A stretch of DNA of 63,305 bases, counting the filler, from Folioceros fuciformis (lineage: Eukaryota): assembly GCA_049999805.1 (NCBI GenBank). It is 13 parts of 13 records of this genome, joined end to end, with 100 filler letters (N's around TTAATTAATTAA, not from the genome) between each part and the next. Parts side by side here need not be neighbours in the genome. Positions count along the whole stretch, not along the records: positions 48,150 to 50,621 come from JBNGIO010004705.1; positions 50,722 to 56,691 come from JBNGIO010004706.1; positions 56,792 to 61,276 come from JBNGIO010004709.1; 10 more parts are not named here. One strand, given 5' to 3'. The notes beneath the pieces were generated by a model. It was not told the origin of the DNA. It saw only the letters and a list, made by a program, of their open reading frames with translations, and did not search any database. This document shows positions 48,150 through 61,276 of this stretch, piece after piece; positions within the stretch are counted from its first letter, which is position 1; each line of letters starts with the position of its first letter. Made by a program: the position numbers and the translations under genes.

Positions 48150-50621
48150 AGTGGTATTTAGATACAGGTGCAACTGCTCACATTTGTTTTGATAGACATA
48201 CTTTCAAAACATATAGGTCAGTTCCATATCAGTACATTTACCTTGGAAACGATAAATCTCTAGTTGCACCAGGTCGAGGCACAATTGAGTTTTCAGTCCC
48301 ATCTGGCATCACATTAGTGCTAAAGGATGTCTACTTTGTGCCTGAGATGACTAGAAACTTTGTTTCAGTCAAGAGATTAAATGCTGATAACAACAGTCAC
48401 GTTGTTTTCACTAGAATAGACTGTAAGATCGTAGATGCATTTGACCCTTGGAAAGTACGTGCGTCTGGTTTCTCTGACCATGACGTTTATCGTCTTGATC
48501 TTCATTGAGGAATAGCTGATACTGACCAGTCACCAGCTGTTTCTTTAGCCTCTGCACAACAAGTAGCAAAGTCTAAGTTGTGGCGTGCACGTTTGGGTCA
48601 CCCTCACATGGCAAAATTGCATAAGTTGGCCGTGAGTAGCCTGTATCAGGATGGCCCCATTGGACCATTCGTTGATACTCCTCTATGTGAAGCTTGTGTA
48701 TTATATAAGAAACACAGAGCAGCTTTCAAGAATAAAGCACCTTACCGTGCTTCAGATCTCCTTGAGCTTGTACATACAGATTAGTGTGGACCCTTATCTC
48801 AAGAGTCCATTGGAGGTGGGCGTTACTTTCTAATGTTTACTGATGACAAAAGTTGTTTTGTCACCACCTATATCCTGAAGAACAAGAGTGAATGCTTTTC
48901 CTACTTTAAGGAGTACATTAAGTTTGCTGAACGCTGGACAGGCAAACAGCTCAAGACACTTAGATCTGATAATGGCGGAGAATTCATATCTAATGAATTT
49001 CAGAACTTTTGTAAGGACGAAGGCATTGGTCGTCAACCCACATTTGTTTATACTCCACAGCAGAATGGAGTTGCAGAGCGTTTGAATCTTACTCTGTAGG
49101 AAATGGTTTCTTCTTTGCTGCATGATGCTATGTTGCCACTCCCTTATTGGGCTGAGGCCTGGATTACTTCAACTTATCTGCCCAATAGATTGCCAACAAG
49201 TGCAGTTGCATATAAGACCCCTTATGAAGCCTTTACAGGCAGAAAGCCATCAATACAACATTTGAGGACTTTTGGTTGCCTAGCTTATGCCTTTATCCCT
49301 AAACAGAAGAGAGTTAAACTCTTAGATAAAGCACATAAGCTCCTTATGTTGGGCTATACAGAAGGGATAAAAGCCTATAAGCTATATGATGTTCCATCTA
49401 ACAGAGTAATCTATGCTCGGAGAGTTACCTTTGATGAAACCAAGACATGGGCTTCAGTGGGAGCTCATCCTGTAATACTAGAATTTGATCATGCAGAGAA
49501 CTCATTGGAGATTTCCCATTTTGATCTCACAGACCATGGGACTCAGAATTCAGATGTATCTTCTGCAAAGGGGGCAACTCCAACCGCTATTACAGAGCCA
49601 GAAGATGCACCTTTGTTGACTGACTCTGACCAGCTCGTTATGCAGGACCTGCATCCTCATCAAGACATATTACATGATCCCCTACTTGATAGTGAAACAT
49701 TAGAGTCTGCAGAGTTGCCAGATCTTGTTGATCCCACTGATGAGATTGCATCAACTCCACTCCTGAACTTGCTCGTCGTTATCCCACACGAGAACGGCGA
49801 CCTCCTGACTTCTATAGTGCACCTGATTTTCGTCCGGATTCTGCTCATATTTGGGCATATGCTGCTATCTCACTTGATCCTATTGAACCACAGTCTTATG
49901 CTAAGGCTTTGAGTAGACCTGATCATCTAAGACTGGCAAAAGGCCATATAGTCAGAATATGACTCTCTCATTGAGAATGGCACTTGGGAGTTAGCTAAAT
50001 TACCTCCTAGCAAGAAGATGGTCTCATGCAAATGGGTATTTAAACTCAAAGTCAAAGCAGATGGCACATTTGATAGGTATAAGGCTAGACTTGTAGCAAG
50101 AGGCTTTTCACAAATCCCGGGTGTGGATTACTTGGAGACTTATGCTCCTGTGGTCAAGCTACCAACTCTGCGAGCCATTTGTGCAATATCAGCATATAAG
50201 AATTATGAGCTGCAGATGTTTGATGTTAAAACAGCATTTTTGAATGGTACGCTTCACATAGAGATTTATATGGAGCAGCCTCCTAGTTGTGAAGTCAAGG
50301 GGAAGGAGGATTACGTTTGCAAATTGAATAAAACCTTAAATGGCTTGAAGCAGTTTGCTATGGCTTGGAATTGAGTGCTGGATGCTGAACTTTTAGCTTT
50401 TGATTTCACCAAGAGCCAAGTAGATGGAAGTCTGTACATTTACAACAAGAATGATATTGTGTGTTATCTGGCAGTATATGTAGATGATCTAATTCTGTCC
50501 AGTAACAATCAAGCTTTCATCACAATGATCACAGACATGTTGGCCACAAAGTTAAAAATGTCGAACCTTGGCCCTCTACAAAGTTGTCTTGACATATATG
50601 TACAGTGCAACAGAGAAAAAC
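48150..50621 (+). mobile_element. Degenerate Ty1/copia pol (PR-IN-RT)
   Basis: WYLDTGATAHIC, LWRARLGHP, LRSDNGGEF, PQQNGVAERLN, CKWVFKLK...YKARLVARGFSQ, DVKTAFLNG, YVDDLIL; multiple stops. Confidence 0.95.
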
Positions 50622-50721
50622 NNNNNNNNNNNNNNNNNNNNNNNNNNNNNNNNNNNNNNNNNNNNTTAATTAATTAANNNNNNNNNNNNNNNNNNNNNNN
50701 NNNNNNNNNNNNNNNNNNNNN

Positions 50722-52076
50722 CTCCTCCTCTCATGCTCCTTGACAGCATGAAGGTGGAACTTCTCAAATTTACTCAGCATTTCCTCCATCTTGGACTCTT
50801 GCTGTTCCACCTTCTTGGCTGCAGCCTCAGCCTCTTTCTTAACCTGCTCCACTTCCCTCTTAGCATGGGCCACCTCTTGCTTTGCCTTGGTCAAATCTTT
50901 GGCCTTCTTGGCCTCCCTCCTCTTCCTTGCCATCTCCTGCTCCTTCCTCTTCCTTCTTCTCCTAACAGCCTCATCCTCTGAGGACTCCTCATCCGAGCTG
51001 TCCTCCGCTGAAGATGTGGAGGACCCTGCTGCTGATCCTTTTGAAAAATCACTCTCCTTAGAGGATGATTCCTCCAAGGAAGATGCTTCCCTCTTCTTCT
51101 TCCCCTTCCTAGGTTTATTCTTCCTCTTGTCCTTCTCCTTGGATTTCCCTTTGCCCCAAGGATGAGACTCCTCGTAATTGAGAGCTGCCCTTATAGCCTT
51201 GTCTACATCCTTTTCTGCGAACAACTTCACATGGCCCCCCATCCTCGATCCTAGGCCTCCAGCAAACCACCTAATGGCCTGTAAATGTGAATGAGGTCCA
51301 CAGCAATCCCGCAGGCTGTGGAACCTCTCCACATAGGCCTGCAAGGTCTCCTTCCTCCTCCTTCTCAAGGCCTCCAGTTTGGACAACACGTAGCCCTCTA
51401 CGTCTATCCCCTTGAACCGCTCACAAAAGGCTCTCTTCAGCACATCAAAAGTTGCTGGAAATGTGCCGGCCTTGAGGTACTCCCTCCTATACCACTTGGC
51501 AGGCCCTCCACGCAGCACCCCATAGAACAATTGGATGCGCTGTGCATCCGCTGATTCCTGGTTAGCAAGGGTCAGCTGCTCAAACCTCTCCACAAATTCA
51601 TACGGGTCCTCATACCCCCTCTTCTCCCCATACAAGGGGTACGGCTGCTTGGTGGACATTGCAACAACTGGTGTCGCCATGGTGCTTGCACTCCCTCCTG
51701 CAGTTGCAGCTCCATCAGCTCTAGCCCTTGGAATTTGGCTGATGTTGCTGAATCCTTCAGCCCCTGCACTCCTAAGCCCATGCACAAGCCCAGGTTGAGG
51801 ACCCAAGGGCAGACTCGGGTTAGGTTGGCCTGAATTAGGCCCCTCCCCCACAACAGAAAGTTGGGGGTCTTGCTCCCACGTGACTGAATTTCCCACGACT
51901 TGCTGGTTGCTTGCCCCTCTCCCCCTCCTTGCTGGTGTATGCCATGGTTGTGCCCGCCTCAGCTCCCTCTCTATTGCTCTTTGCCCACGCTCCAATGCTT
52001 GCTGCTGCCTCCTTGCTTGAGCTTGAGCTCCCCCTTCACAGTTGGAGTTGAACTCTTCAGCTCCTATGCGGGGCAC
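50722..52076 (-). mobile_element. Ty3/gypsy gag ORF (non-chromovirus type), cut by scaffold end
   Basis: EDPYEFVERFE...LRGGPAKWY...FDVLKRAFCERF...ETLQAYVERF...WFAGGL (retrotransposon gag); first in-frame ATG at 51680. Confidence 0.88.
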
Positions 52077-52152
52077 CCATCAGACCTGCCACACTCCCTT
52101 GTACAGACCCCTATCCAGGTCAGTCCTCTCCAAACCTTGAAAGCAATGTCAC

Positions 52153-52170
52153 TCCCTAGCAACGGCGCCA
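52153..52170 (-). promoter_or_regulatory. Primer-binding site, tRNA-Asp type
   Basis: Minus strand TGGCGCCGTTGCTAGGGA, 3 nt from the LTR end (CA on minus, TG at 52174 on +). Confidence 0.85.
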
Positions 52171-52173
52171 AAA

Positions 52174-55100
52174 TGTGGAGTGATTTCTTGCACCCAAGAA
52201 CCACCCAAGGGCCACACATCCCCTTATTGTCGTTGCAGTCTTGTGGTTCGTTCCCAAGGGAGTGAACTAGTGCCAAGGAACACTACTTATCACAATTCTA
52301 CCTATCAGCCGGTCTATAGGCCTGACCATACACTCACAAAAAAAAGGCTAGAAGCCTAGCCTATCCCCCAAGTCAGCTCACACATCTCACACTCCTGTTC
52401 TTCAATCCTTCAGCTCTTCATGATTCCCACTTTAGCCCTTTCTCCTTTACCTCAGCTCTTCAAGATTCTCACTTCAGTCCTTTCTCCTTCACCTCAGCTC
52501 TTCAAGATTCTTACTTCAGTCCCTTCCTCTTCACTTCAGTCCTCCACCCTTCACTTCAACACACACTCCTGCACTTTAGCAGCTCACTCCTCACTTCTAT
52601 GCATTTCACCCCAACTCTTCCTTTCTTTTCTTCAGCTGCCCCCCTGGAAATTGGGACACAATGGCTTCACTTCCTGCAGCCTTCAAGCATAGTGTGGATA
52701 CTAGGACTGGATAGCCCTCCAGCTCACGATCCTGTTCCTTCACTTCAGCCAACCTGCGAATCATGCAGCCCTTGCGGATCCGGCCACACGGATCTTGACA
52801 GTCTTGGGATTTCCACGTTCCCCTAGTGGCAAGGGAAATCAGGACCTCGGTTCGATCTCAACCGGCTCAGCGCCCTAAGCCAGGAGTTCTGCACACAAGG
52901 TCCGGGGACATCACACCGTAGACCGCCCCTCCTCAATAGCAGGTCTGGCCCCTTATACTACCCTGGCCCAGGACCCCCATCTTTGTCTACTAGGGTTAGC
53001 CTCAGTCCGCTGCCAATAGTCTCTCTCTCCGACCTAAGCCTATCCCTAATTCTAACCTAAGCTGCCCCTGACTCTGACCTAGACCTAACTCTAACCTAAC
53101 CCTAATTATGACCTAATCCTAACCCCACCCAAACCAAGCCTAACGCTAACCTCCTGGACACTAGTTGCCCCTACCAACAATCAACTAGTGCCTCTCAAAA
53201 ATGCTCTTCAGTCCCTCGGACCCCTAGGATCATCTTGTAACCCTTTAGAGACCCCCTTCGCCTTCAGGTCCCTCACTCCACTCTGCTGGCCAAGACCCCT
53301 GACCCGGAAAAACTACCCCTCTGGTTCCCCGGAAGCGACAACCCACCATCTCTGCCAACATAACCATCACTGGGTTTCCCACCCACTAGGAGCACGCCTG
53401 TACTAAGGGCTTTCTACCTTCAACCAACCAGGCGTGCTGCCATCCACAAGCCGAATGCCACTTATGCCACTTATGTCCTCTGGTTGGGGTGGTATCCCCC
53501 AGCTTCGTCTACACGCATTCTCCTGGCAGCCCACTTGGTGATTTTGAGTGTATCAAAGTGACAACACTCTTGCCTGGAACCATCGTCTGGTAGTAGATGG
53601 AACCCTCTCTGCGAGGGCACCTGGGACTCCATACCGGCCGCTCAGCCAGACACTTTCACCGCTGCTCATTCTCTAGACCCAGAAAGTACCCCTCCACAGT
53701 GTCATTGGAGCCTGCCTTCGGACCTGGCTGTCCCCGAGCGCCTATGCCTACCTACATCCCACCGGCAACCACCCCTACTAGCTGATCAACCCGGCTCCAT
53801 GTCTGCTCGGCCGACCTCCTGCCTTCCGGATCCGTCAGCCTCCAACTTGCTCACCAGGCATTGGTCACTGGGTCAGCCAGCCCAATCTCCAGTGATCATC
53901 GCCTTGTAAACAGACTCCCCAGTTAACCAGCCGTGCCGCCCTAGTTGGCTGAACTCGGCGCCGTCCTTCCTCCAGCTGCATCTAGCCAGCCAGCCCTAGG
54001 CGCTCTGCCCCCATATTAGCTAGCCATCCTGCTACATCCCGATCTGCCTCTGTAGCTGGCTAGCGGCCGCCTGGCCTGAACCTGACTTGCCCACCAGCAC
54101 TACAAGCACGGCCCGGATCAACCCGAGGCCTGCCTGGCTTGGATCCAACATCACCCCTGGCTTGCCTACACTACCAGTCTGAACCCGACCAGTCGCCAGC
54201 CCCAGCCGGCTACCCGGCCTTCGAATCCGACCTTGGCCAGCCTGCTGGGTCCTCTAGCCACCGGCCCTACCTGATCTATTGGTCGCCCACCGGCTCCTAG
54301 GTCGCTTGGCTACTGCCCACAGCGGCCTTTGCAAGCCAGCCGCTGTCTGGCCGATGAGCCAGGCCGCCTGCCTGGCACCCATCTAGTTCCATCCTAGCCA
54401 GTCGCTAGGCGGCTACCTGACTGCTTGCTGGCGGGCCAGGTGTGTCTGCCGCCATTCCACCGACTAGCTCGGCTAGCCCGACCAGCCGGCCCCCCAAATC
54501 AGCCAGCCGACCTACAGGCTGGCTACTCCTGTGTGCTCCAGGTTGCCTGGCTCCAGTCGTGAGCAGCCACAGCCAGCCCTATCCACGCCGCCAGGGCTCG
54601 GCCCCGATCTGCTCCTGTCAGCCCGGCAAGACGGTCAGCCAGGCTTCCCAGACCCGTCAACAACCCCCCTGCTCATCGACTAGCCAGCCGTCTGCCCGAT
54701 CTCTGCTAGTCCTCGGGCTATCTGCCTGGCTGCCTCCTTGCTCAGCCGCCTGCCAACTGGCCTTGATCAGCCGCCTGCACCCTGGCCTCGATCAGCCGCA
54801 GCCAGCCCGGCTAGGATCAGCCCGAGGCCTGCCTGGCTTGGTCCAGCGCCGCCCCTGGCTTGGGTGTGCCTGTGCTGCCACCCTTCCTGCTAAACTCCGG
54901 ATCCAGTCCCGTCTACCAGGAAGCCGGGCGCCGGCCTGGCTTCGGGATCTGCCCCCAAGCACCCTACCGGGCCACTTGCCATACAGGGCTGTCGGATTGG
55001 CCGCTTGCAGCCTGTTCCGCTAGCCGGCCGCTGATGGCCGGCTCAGCCTCTGCTGCCCGGCCCAAGTCCACCCCGGCCAGCTCCTACAAGCCGGGCGGCT

Positions 55101-56542
55101 GGCCTGCTAGCAGCCCGACCTGGTCAGCAGCCATGGGCTGTACACCGGCCTCCCATCTTCAAGGATTTGGCCGGGTAGGCCCCCCCCTTCCCAGATCCTG
55201 CGTAGCCAGCCACCCGCCGGCTTAGATCCGTTGTCATGCCGCCTGTTGATACGGCCTCCTGGCTGGCTGGATCCGCCAGCTACCAACTGCCACCAATCGC
55301 ATATCCGGCCAGGCCGACCGAAGCCACTGCCTGGATCTAGCTACCTGCAGCACAACGCCTTGCTGCATCCCCGCTTGGACGCCCGCAGTTGTTGATTTTA
55401 CAGCCACTGGAGAGGTGCCGCTACCCAGCCTGTCCAGGACCTTATGCCATTGCCCGCGCCTGGCTGGTCTGCCTCCTGAATCTGATACTACCGCAGCCTT
55501 GGAGCGGCCTGCCGACCAAGACCCGGCTGCTGCTGACCACTTGCCAACCTCCAAATCCAGCCCCGGTCTCGACCAGCTTGGATCCGCCCAGCCAGGCCAG
55601 CCAGCCCGCCCGTCAGTTGGCTGCTCCTTTGCGCTCCAGGCTGCCTGGCACCAGTCGTGAGCAGCCACAGCCAGCCCGGACTCCAAGATGGGCTGCTTAC
55701 CCTTCAGCTGGCCTGCCACCGACATGCCCGGTCTCCTGCCCTCCTGAACCTGGCCAGAAGCTAGCCCAGCAGACCCGCCCGCAGCCTGCCTGTAGCTAGG
55801 CCAGGCTGGGCTGCGGCCAGGCTCCTCAATAGCCAGCCGACCAACTCAGCTGCCCAGCTCAACTCCAGCCCGCGCTCTAGCAGCCCGCCATCACCAGTCG
55901 ATTCCAAGCCGGCCCGCCCTGTTCACTTGCAATAGCTTGGCTTGCTTTAGATCGGCCAGCAAGGCCAGCGGATCCAGCGCCGCCCTGCCTGTCTAACCCA
56001 CACCGAGCTGGATTAGCCCACGTCCTGTCTGGTGGCTTCTCGCCATGGCCCAGCTCTTTCCCCTATGGTGAGCACAAAAAACATGCTGCATCTTTTCGCA
56101 AGAACCACGAAACCGACTGCACCACAGGCAGCCCCACAGCTTCCACCAACCCACGCTGGCCGCCCAGATCTACCCCAGCACCACCTAACCGATACGAGCC
56201 GATGGCGGCGCCTACGTGGAACCAGGATCCATCGTCGCCCCGGCCCGCTTGGTGCGGCCTAGTCCCCAGTTGCTGTCGATCCCCTGCTAGCTGCCCGTTC
56301 GCGGCCTACACCGACCTGGATCGGCCACTGACAGCCAGCTCCACAGTCGCCACGGCCTGGCCTAGTTGTCCCCTCCACAGTAGCCGCCGATCCGGCACCT
56401 GCTCTCAACTGTGACCAGCCAAACCGCCCGGTCAGCACGTCCTGGCCTACGGTTGGCGGCCGAATCCGTTTGTCATCTGGCCCGCCAGCCAACCCGGCCG
56501 GCCAGGCCGCTCCTAGTCGTCAGCCTACTGGTCCAAACCTGG
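52174..56542 (-). repeat. Putative very long 5' LTR (or LTR plus GC-rich repeat) of the gypsy element
   Basis: Begins at the PBS; non-coding, C-rich on +, with internal degenerate repeats (e.g. 54115/54815 and 54542/55640). Far boundary not identified. Confidence 0.55.
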
Positions 56543-56691
56543 TGTGGAGTGAAACTTGCACCCAAGAACCACCAAGGGGCCACACTTCCCCTTATTATCG
56601 TTGCAGTCTTATGATTCACTCCCAAGGGAGTGAACTAATGTCAAGGTCACCTACATCTCCATAATCTCACCCTATCTATCAGCATATACCA
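56543..56691 (-). repeat. Second copy of the same gypsy LTR terminus
   Basis: TGTGGAGTGAAACTTGCACCCAAGAACCACC...CCCAAGGGAGTGAACTA matches 52174-52270; no PBS adjacent. Confidence 0.9.
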
Positions 56692-56945
56692 NNNNNNNNN
56701 NNNNNNNNNNNNNNNNNNNNNNNNNNNNNNNNNNNTTAATTAATTAANNNNNNNNNNNNNNNNNNNNNNNNNNNNNNNNNNNNNNNNNNNNTTGTAAGGC
56801 TGATGCCATCTGCTTTACCAGTAACCCTCAGATATTTGGGTGTACCCCTTACGTCGGTGCTTCATGGTAGGATTTGAAGGAACTGACTTGATGCAGTATC
56901 CAAACCAAACCGTGGAGTTGATGAGTTAACTGGTCACATGGAAAA

Positions 56946-59900
56946 ATGGACGGGATGCCTCCAGCCAGGCCAACTGCTAGACATGCGGTCTCCCCGAGAC
57001 ACCATGTTGAAGCTCATTACTACCCCACCAAGGGATGTCACAGTGTCAAGTGCTTTGCAGTGGGGAAAAAGATAGGGACTGCATCTGAGCAAAGAGGTCT
57101 GGCTCCCAGTGACTTGGGCCCGGATCCAGTTGGGTTTTTTAAGGAGAAGAATCTCACCTCGAGAGCCTTCCCGCAATATTTGCATGAAAGGTACTACTCT
57201 CTCAAGCTCTGTATGGCGCATTGTTTAGGTAAACATGAAATGAAAGTAGCTGGAGGTGAAAACTGTGGTTGGTTCAGGACTTGGAATTTGAAGCAGACAT
57301 AGCATAGGAAAAGGGGAAAATTTTCTCCTGAGCTGCTGCAATTGTTGTCCAGGTACAAAGCTTTGAAGGACTTGAGAATGCTGATAGCTGAGCAGGATGA
57401 CAATTTTCATCCCTTCCCATGAGCGTACGTGACGCTTTGTGTACCTCCTTTGATGGTCCACAGTGGTGAGGGTTGGGAAGGGGGGATTGACCCGGTAGTA
57501 TGCATCGCAGATATGAGGATATGGGTCTCCATCAAACTCCCTTTCATGCTGTTGAGGTTATTGAATGGGCTCCAGGTAAAATTTGTCTTCGTTTTCACTT
57601 TCTGGTGAACAAGTGCATGCATGCATTTTGTAGGAGCTACATCCTATATCTTGGTGTAGAGTCAGTCCTGCAGGTGCCTTGAAGTCTCCATTGCCAAACA
57701 GTGGCTATTCAAACCATTCCATGTCTTGTGCTTCTGACGCATGCTTGTCAGTACCGTACCTGACTCAGCCATCATGGTTGCAGCTTCTCGTTTTTGTTTT
57801 GTTGTTGGGGATTTCAACAACTGGGAACCCAGTCAAGAGTATTTCAGGGGATGGATATCTTGGACATGATGATAATGGCTGTTGGAGACTTGTAATTGAA
57901 GACAAGCTTCGTGAAGGAGAAAAGCCAGATCTTATAGTAAACGAGTACAGTTACGATAAGGATTATGACTTAGGTGATGAGAACCTTGAGTGGGATGCAA
58001 TTTTTGACGAGGCTGACAAGCAATATTGGGAGCTTGGTGAAGATGAGTATATGGGTGATCCCATGGTTAAGTGGCTGGAACTACATAGGAAGACTTTCGG
58101 AGACAATCCCAATCCCATTTATCGGGAAGAGTCCACAGACATAGAGGAGGAGGATGGTTCTGACGACTTTCCTGACTACATTACATCCCCAGTGCTCGAG
58201 CAAGATATGAAGCATGGAGAGCAAGCCAGCCTGTCATTGAGGGATAGTTGCCTCCGATTGATGTAGTAGATGATGGGAGAAACGTTGGACCGACCTGTGT
58301 AGATGACCCTGTTTACCGGGCTCGAGCGGAGCGAAAAATACCTCCTCCAAATTATTGGAAATACCTACGAAGTGGCCGTAAAGCATGGGAGAAGAAGTAT
58401 ATACCTACTCTCGCTCATAAGAGTAAACTACGGCTGTTTCTTCAAACGCCTGAAGGGCCTCTGGAGCGAATCCCTGCTTGGGCCACGTATGTCTTACAAG
58501 GTGAGCGTATCAACCACACCCTGTACTCTATGACTCATGGTTTCTTCTAATGTTGATGGCATTGGGGTGTGCTGTAAGGAAAATTCTTCTAATGCCTGTA
58601 GCAGCAGATGTAATGACCTGTATATCCGGCAGGTTGAACCTGCTGAGACAAAGGATGTGAATGTGTTCTGCAGGATGGACGATGATGTTAAGTTGATCTT
58701 AACCAATCTATTCATATGTTGGGAGTAATACATTTAGCGCCTGTATGTGGGATCCACCTCAACATCGGCACCAATGGCAGCACAAGAGTCCCAAGAGACC
58801 ACAGCCATTACGGATTTATGAATGTCATGTCGGAATAAGTGGAGAAGAACTTGGTGTAACAACGTTCCAACAGTTTACTGCGAATGCAATTTTGGATTGA
58901 GTCTGGTGGTTCGTTACCTTTGTTTTGTGCCCTGCTCAGAATGTCTGTAGTATGTAGTTTGCAATATGAGAAACCATGTTTTATGACAAATAGGGCTCTT
59001 CCTCATGTCAAGAAGCCTAGGTACAAGGCTGTCCAGCTCATGGGTATTCAGGAGCATGTAGACTATGCAAGTGCTGGCTATAAGGTACAACCCTGTTGTG
59101 CTCTTCATGTGCCTCATGTTTGAAGGTTCGTTGAGATTATTCTGCGCCCATTTAATGTGCAGAATTTGCCAACTAGGCAGGTTACGAATATGTTTGCGGT
59201 AAGTAGTCGCTTTTGAACCCCAGAAGATTTCAAACATCTGGTTGACAGTGCCCATGGTTCGTTAGGCATTCCTTGCAAGCCTGCGACTGCAGCCCAGTTT
59301 ACATCAAGTCAGCGTTTCGTTTCTCATGTTTTGAGTTCATGATGAAACAGGAATGGGCCTGTTTTCCATCATGGACATAGTCCACTCACATGCGGCTGCA
59401 GATGAGATGGTTGGCCTTTCTTCATTCGATGGTGCTAATGAGTGTTACTTCCATGATGGTTAGTGTGCACTGCCTTGCAAGGAGTGGTGCAGAATGCTGA
59501 GATTGTTTTTTCGTCTATTCACCATCCCATTCACTGTAGCAGCTGAGTTCACCCTTGCATTGCAGGACGGCGAGGGCGTCACAAACATACAGGCACCCGC
59601 ATATGCAATTATGGTGAATACGAAGTGCTTCGCTACCTCTTATCAAAGTTGAAGTAGTTATTGGATTTAGTCCGCCTCGATGATCTCTAGTGTGACTGAT
59701 CTTTCTGAATGCTGTGTTTGAATTTGCTCTCAGGCAGTTCGCATCTAGAGCAAGGTAGCTTGGAAGTCACACGTTTCTTTCTCATGGCAGGTGGGTGGAA
59801 GAGTATCAAATAGATGGTTTCCACTTCCATTTGCTGCAGTCCATGTTTTACAACCACAATGGATTTGCAGAGTTCACAAATGGCTTGAATGAGTAAGGCT

Positions 59901-60499
59901 GCTGTCATTCAGGAAATTGCTCGCAGGAGCTCCATGTTGGTCGAATTACATGGACTGCTTCCTCGCTCTCTCTCACATTTCTCTGGTTGTGCAGCTACTG
60001 CAATCAATACGTGGACAGAGATGCATTGCTGTATGTGATTTTGGCTAATGAGATGCTGCACAAGCTCAACTCGAACATTGTCACAATTGCAGGGGATGTA
60101 TGCACAATCCTGCCCCTCTTCTCTTAATTGACAAATTCTGGATTGCTTGTGTGCACAGCACCAGCACTCTTGGCTGAGTCGATTGCTACTTCCCACAGGC
60201 CTCACAGTATCCAGGATTGACTGAACCCATCAATAAAGGCAGGTTGGGCTTTGACTACTTTGCCAGCGTCTCACCCTCTGAGATGTGGTCGTATCTCATT
60301 GAAAATGTTCCAGACAGTGAATGAAGTATGAGTCAAGTGAGATTTGAGAGCCCTGTACTCCATGGAATTCTTCGTGAGTGTGGTTCACGTTTTGTGAACT
60401 AACGAACGGTATGTGGTATGGCGATTTCAGATTGTAGAGACTTTAATCGATTCCAAGTTCGGAGGCAGAGCTCTTTTGTATGCAAAAAATCAGGCCTAG
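56946..60499 (+). pseudogene. Starch branching enzyme BE1/SBEIII-type (GH13) pseudogene with introns, 3'-truncated
   Basis: DPVGF...YLHER|YKALKDL, GHDDNGCWRLVIEDKLREGEKPD, TPEGPLERIPAWATYV, LRIYECHVGISG, DIVHSHAAADEMVGLSSFDGANECYFH, EEYQIDGFHFH; frameshifts near 57830 and 58240; in-frame TGA at 59214 and 60322. Confidence 0.9.
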
Positions 60500-60687
60500 G
60501 TAATTTCGCCGACTTAACACCTGAAGCCTAGGGATTCTGGAGTGATCCCGGGCACGCATGCACGCTCCGCGTTTGCTAAATGGGGTCCACGTCACAGTCT
60601 ATTCCATCGTAGGGTCCTGATAGACCTACGGGCCCTCTGTTCTTATAATTTTATTTTGAAAGATCCTCAACTCTTCAGAAGAAAAAA

Positions 60688-61276
60688 AAACCTCATGCTA
60701 AGGTGCTTCCTAAGCTCAAGCACCTCATGGCTAAGTTTTTCCTAAGTTAAGAACCTCATAGCTAAGTTGTTTTCTATGCGCAAGAACCTCATAGCTAAGT
60801 TGTTTTCTATGCGCAAGAACCTCATGCTAAGGTACATTTATTTTAAAAAGACCAGTATAAAAAATATAAAAAAACCAATATGAAAAATCCAATGAGGGAG
60901 ATAAATCTTGATTAGACACTAGGGCTACCCTGACCCTAATGGCTACCAATAGTAACTATGTCTAAGCTAGTAAGAAGATAGAGTCTTCACTGCCACTAGA
61001 GTCCTAGCTCCTCCAAGCTAGTAAGGAGAAAGAGTTTTCACTACCACTAGAGTCCTAGGAAGCTTTCAATCTTAGGACCTAAGAACCTGCGCACTAACCG
61101 CATCAGAAGCTGCGCAAGAAGCGCATCGGAAGCTGCGCAAGAACCGCATAGGAACCTGCGCAAGAAGTGCATGGGAAGTTGCACAAGAAGCGCATCCGAC
61201 GCTGCGTAAGAAGCGCATCAGAAGCTGCGCAAGAAGCTTCCAAGTAATTAGCTTAAGCTAATCTAAACTAATGGTA
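60688..61276 (-). mobile_element. LTR-related repeat (same family as 13317/26642) with expanded 23-bp units and other short tandem repeats
   Basis: 61240-61276 is the reverse complement of the ...CATTAGTTTAGATTAGCTTAAGCTAAT... LTR segment; about 6 x AAGAAGCGCATCAGAAGCTGCGC at 61093-61238; further repeats at 60748-60833 and 60963-61058. Confidence 0.75.

Noticed and set aside
53800-56540. Many Pro/Ala/Arg-rich ORFs on both strands
   Set aside because: Expected by chance in very GC-rich repetitive DNA; no domain signal.
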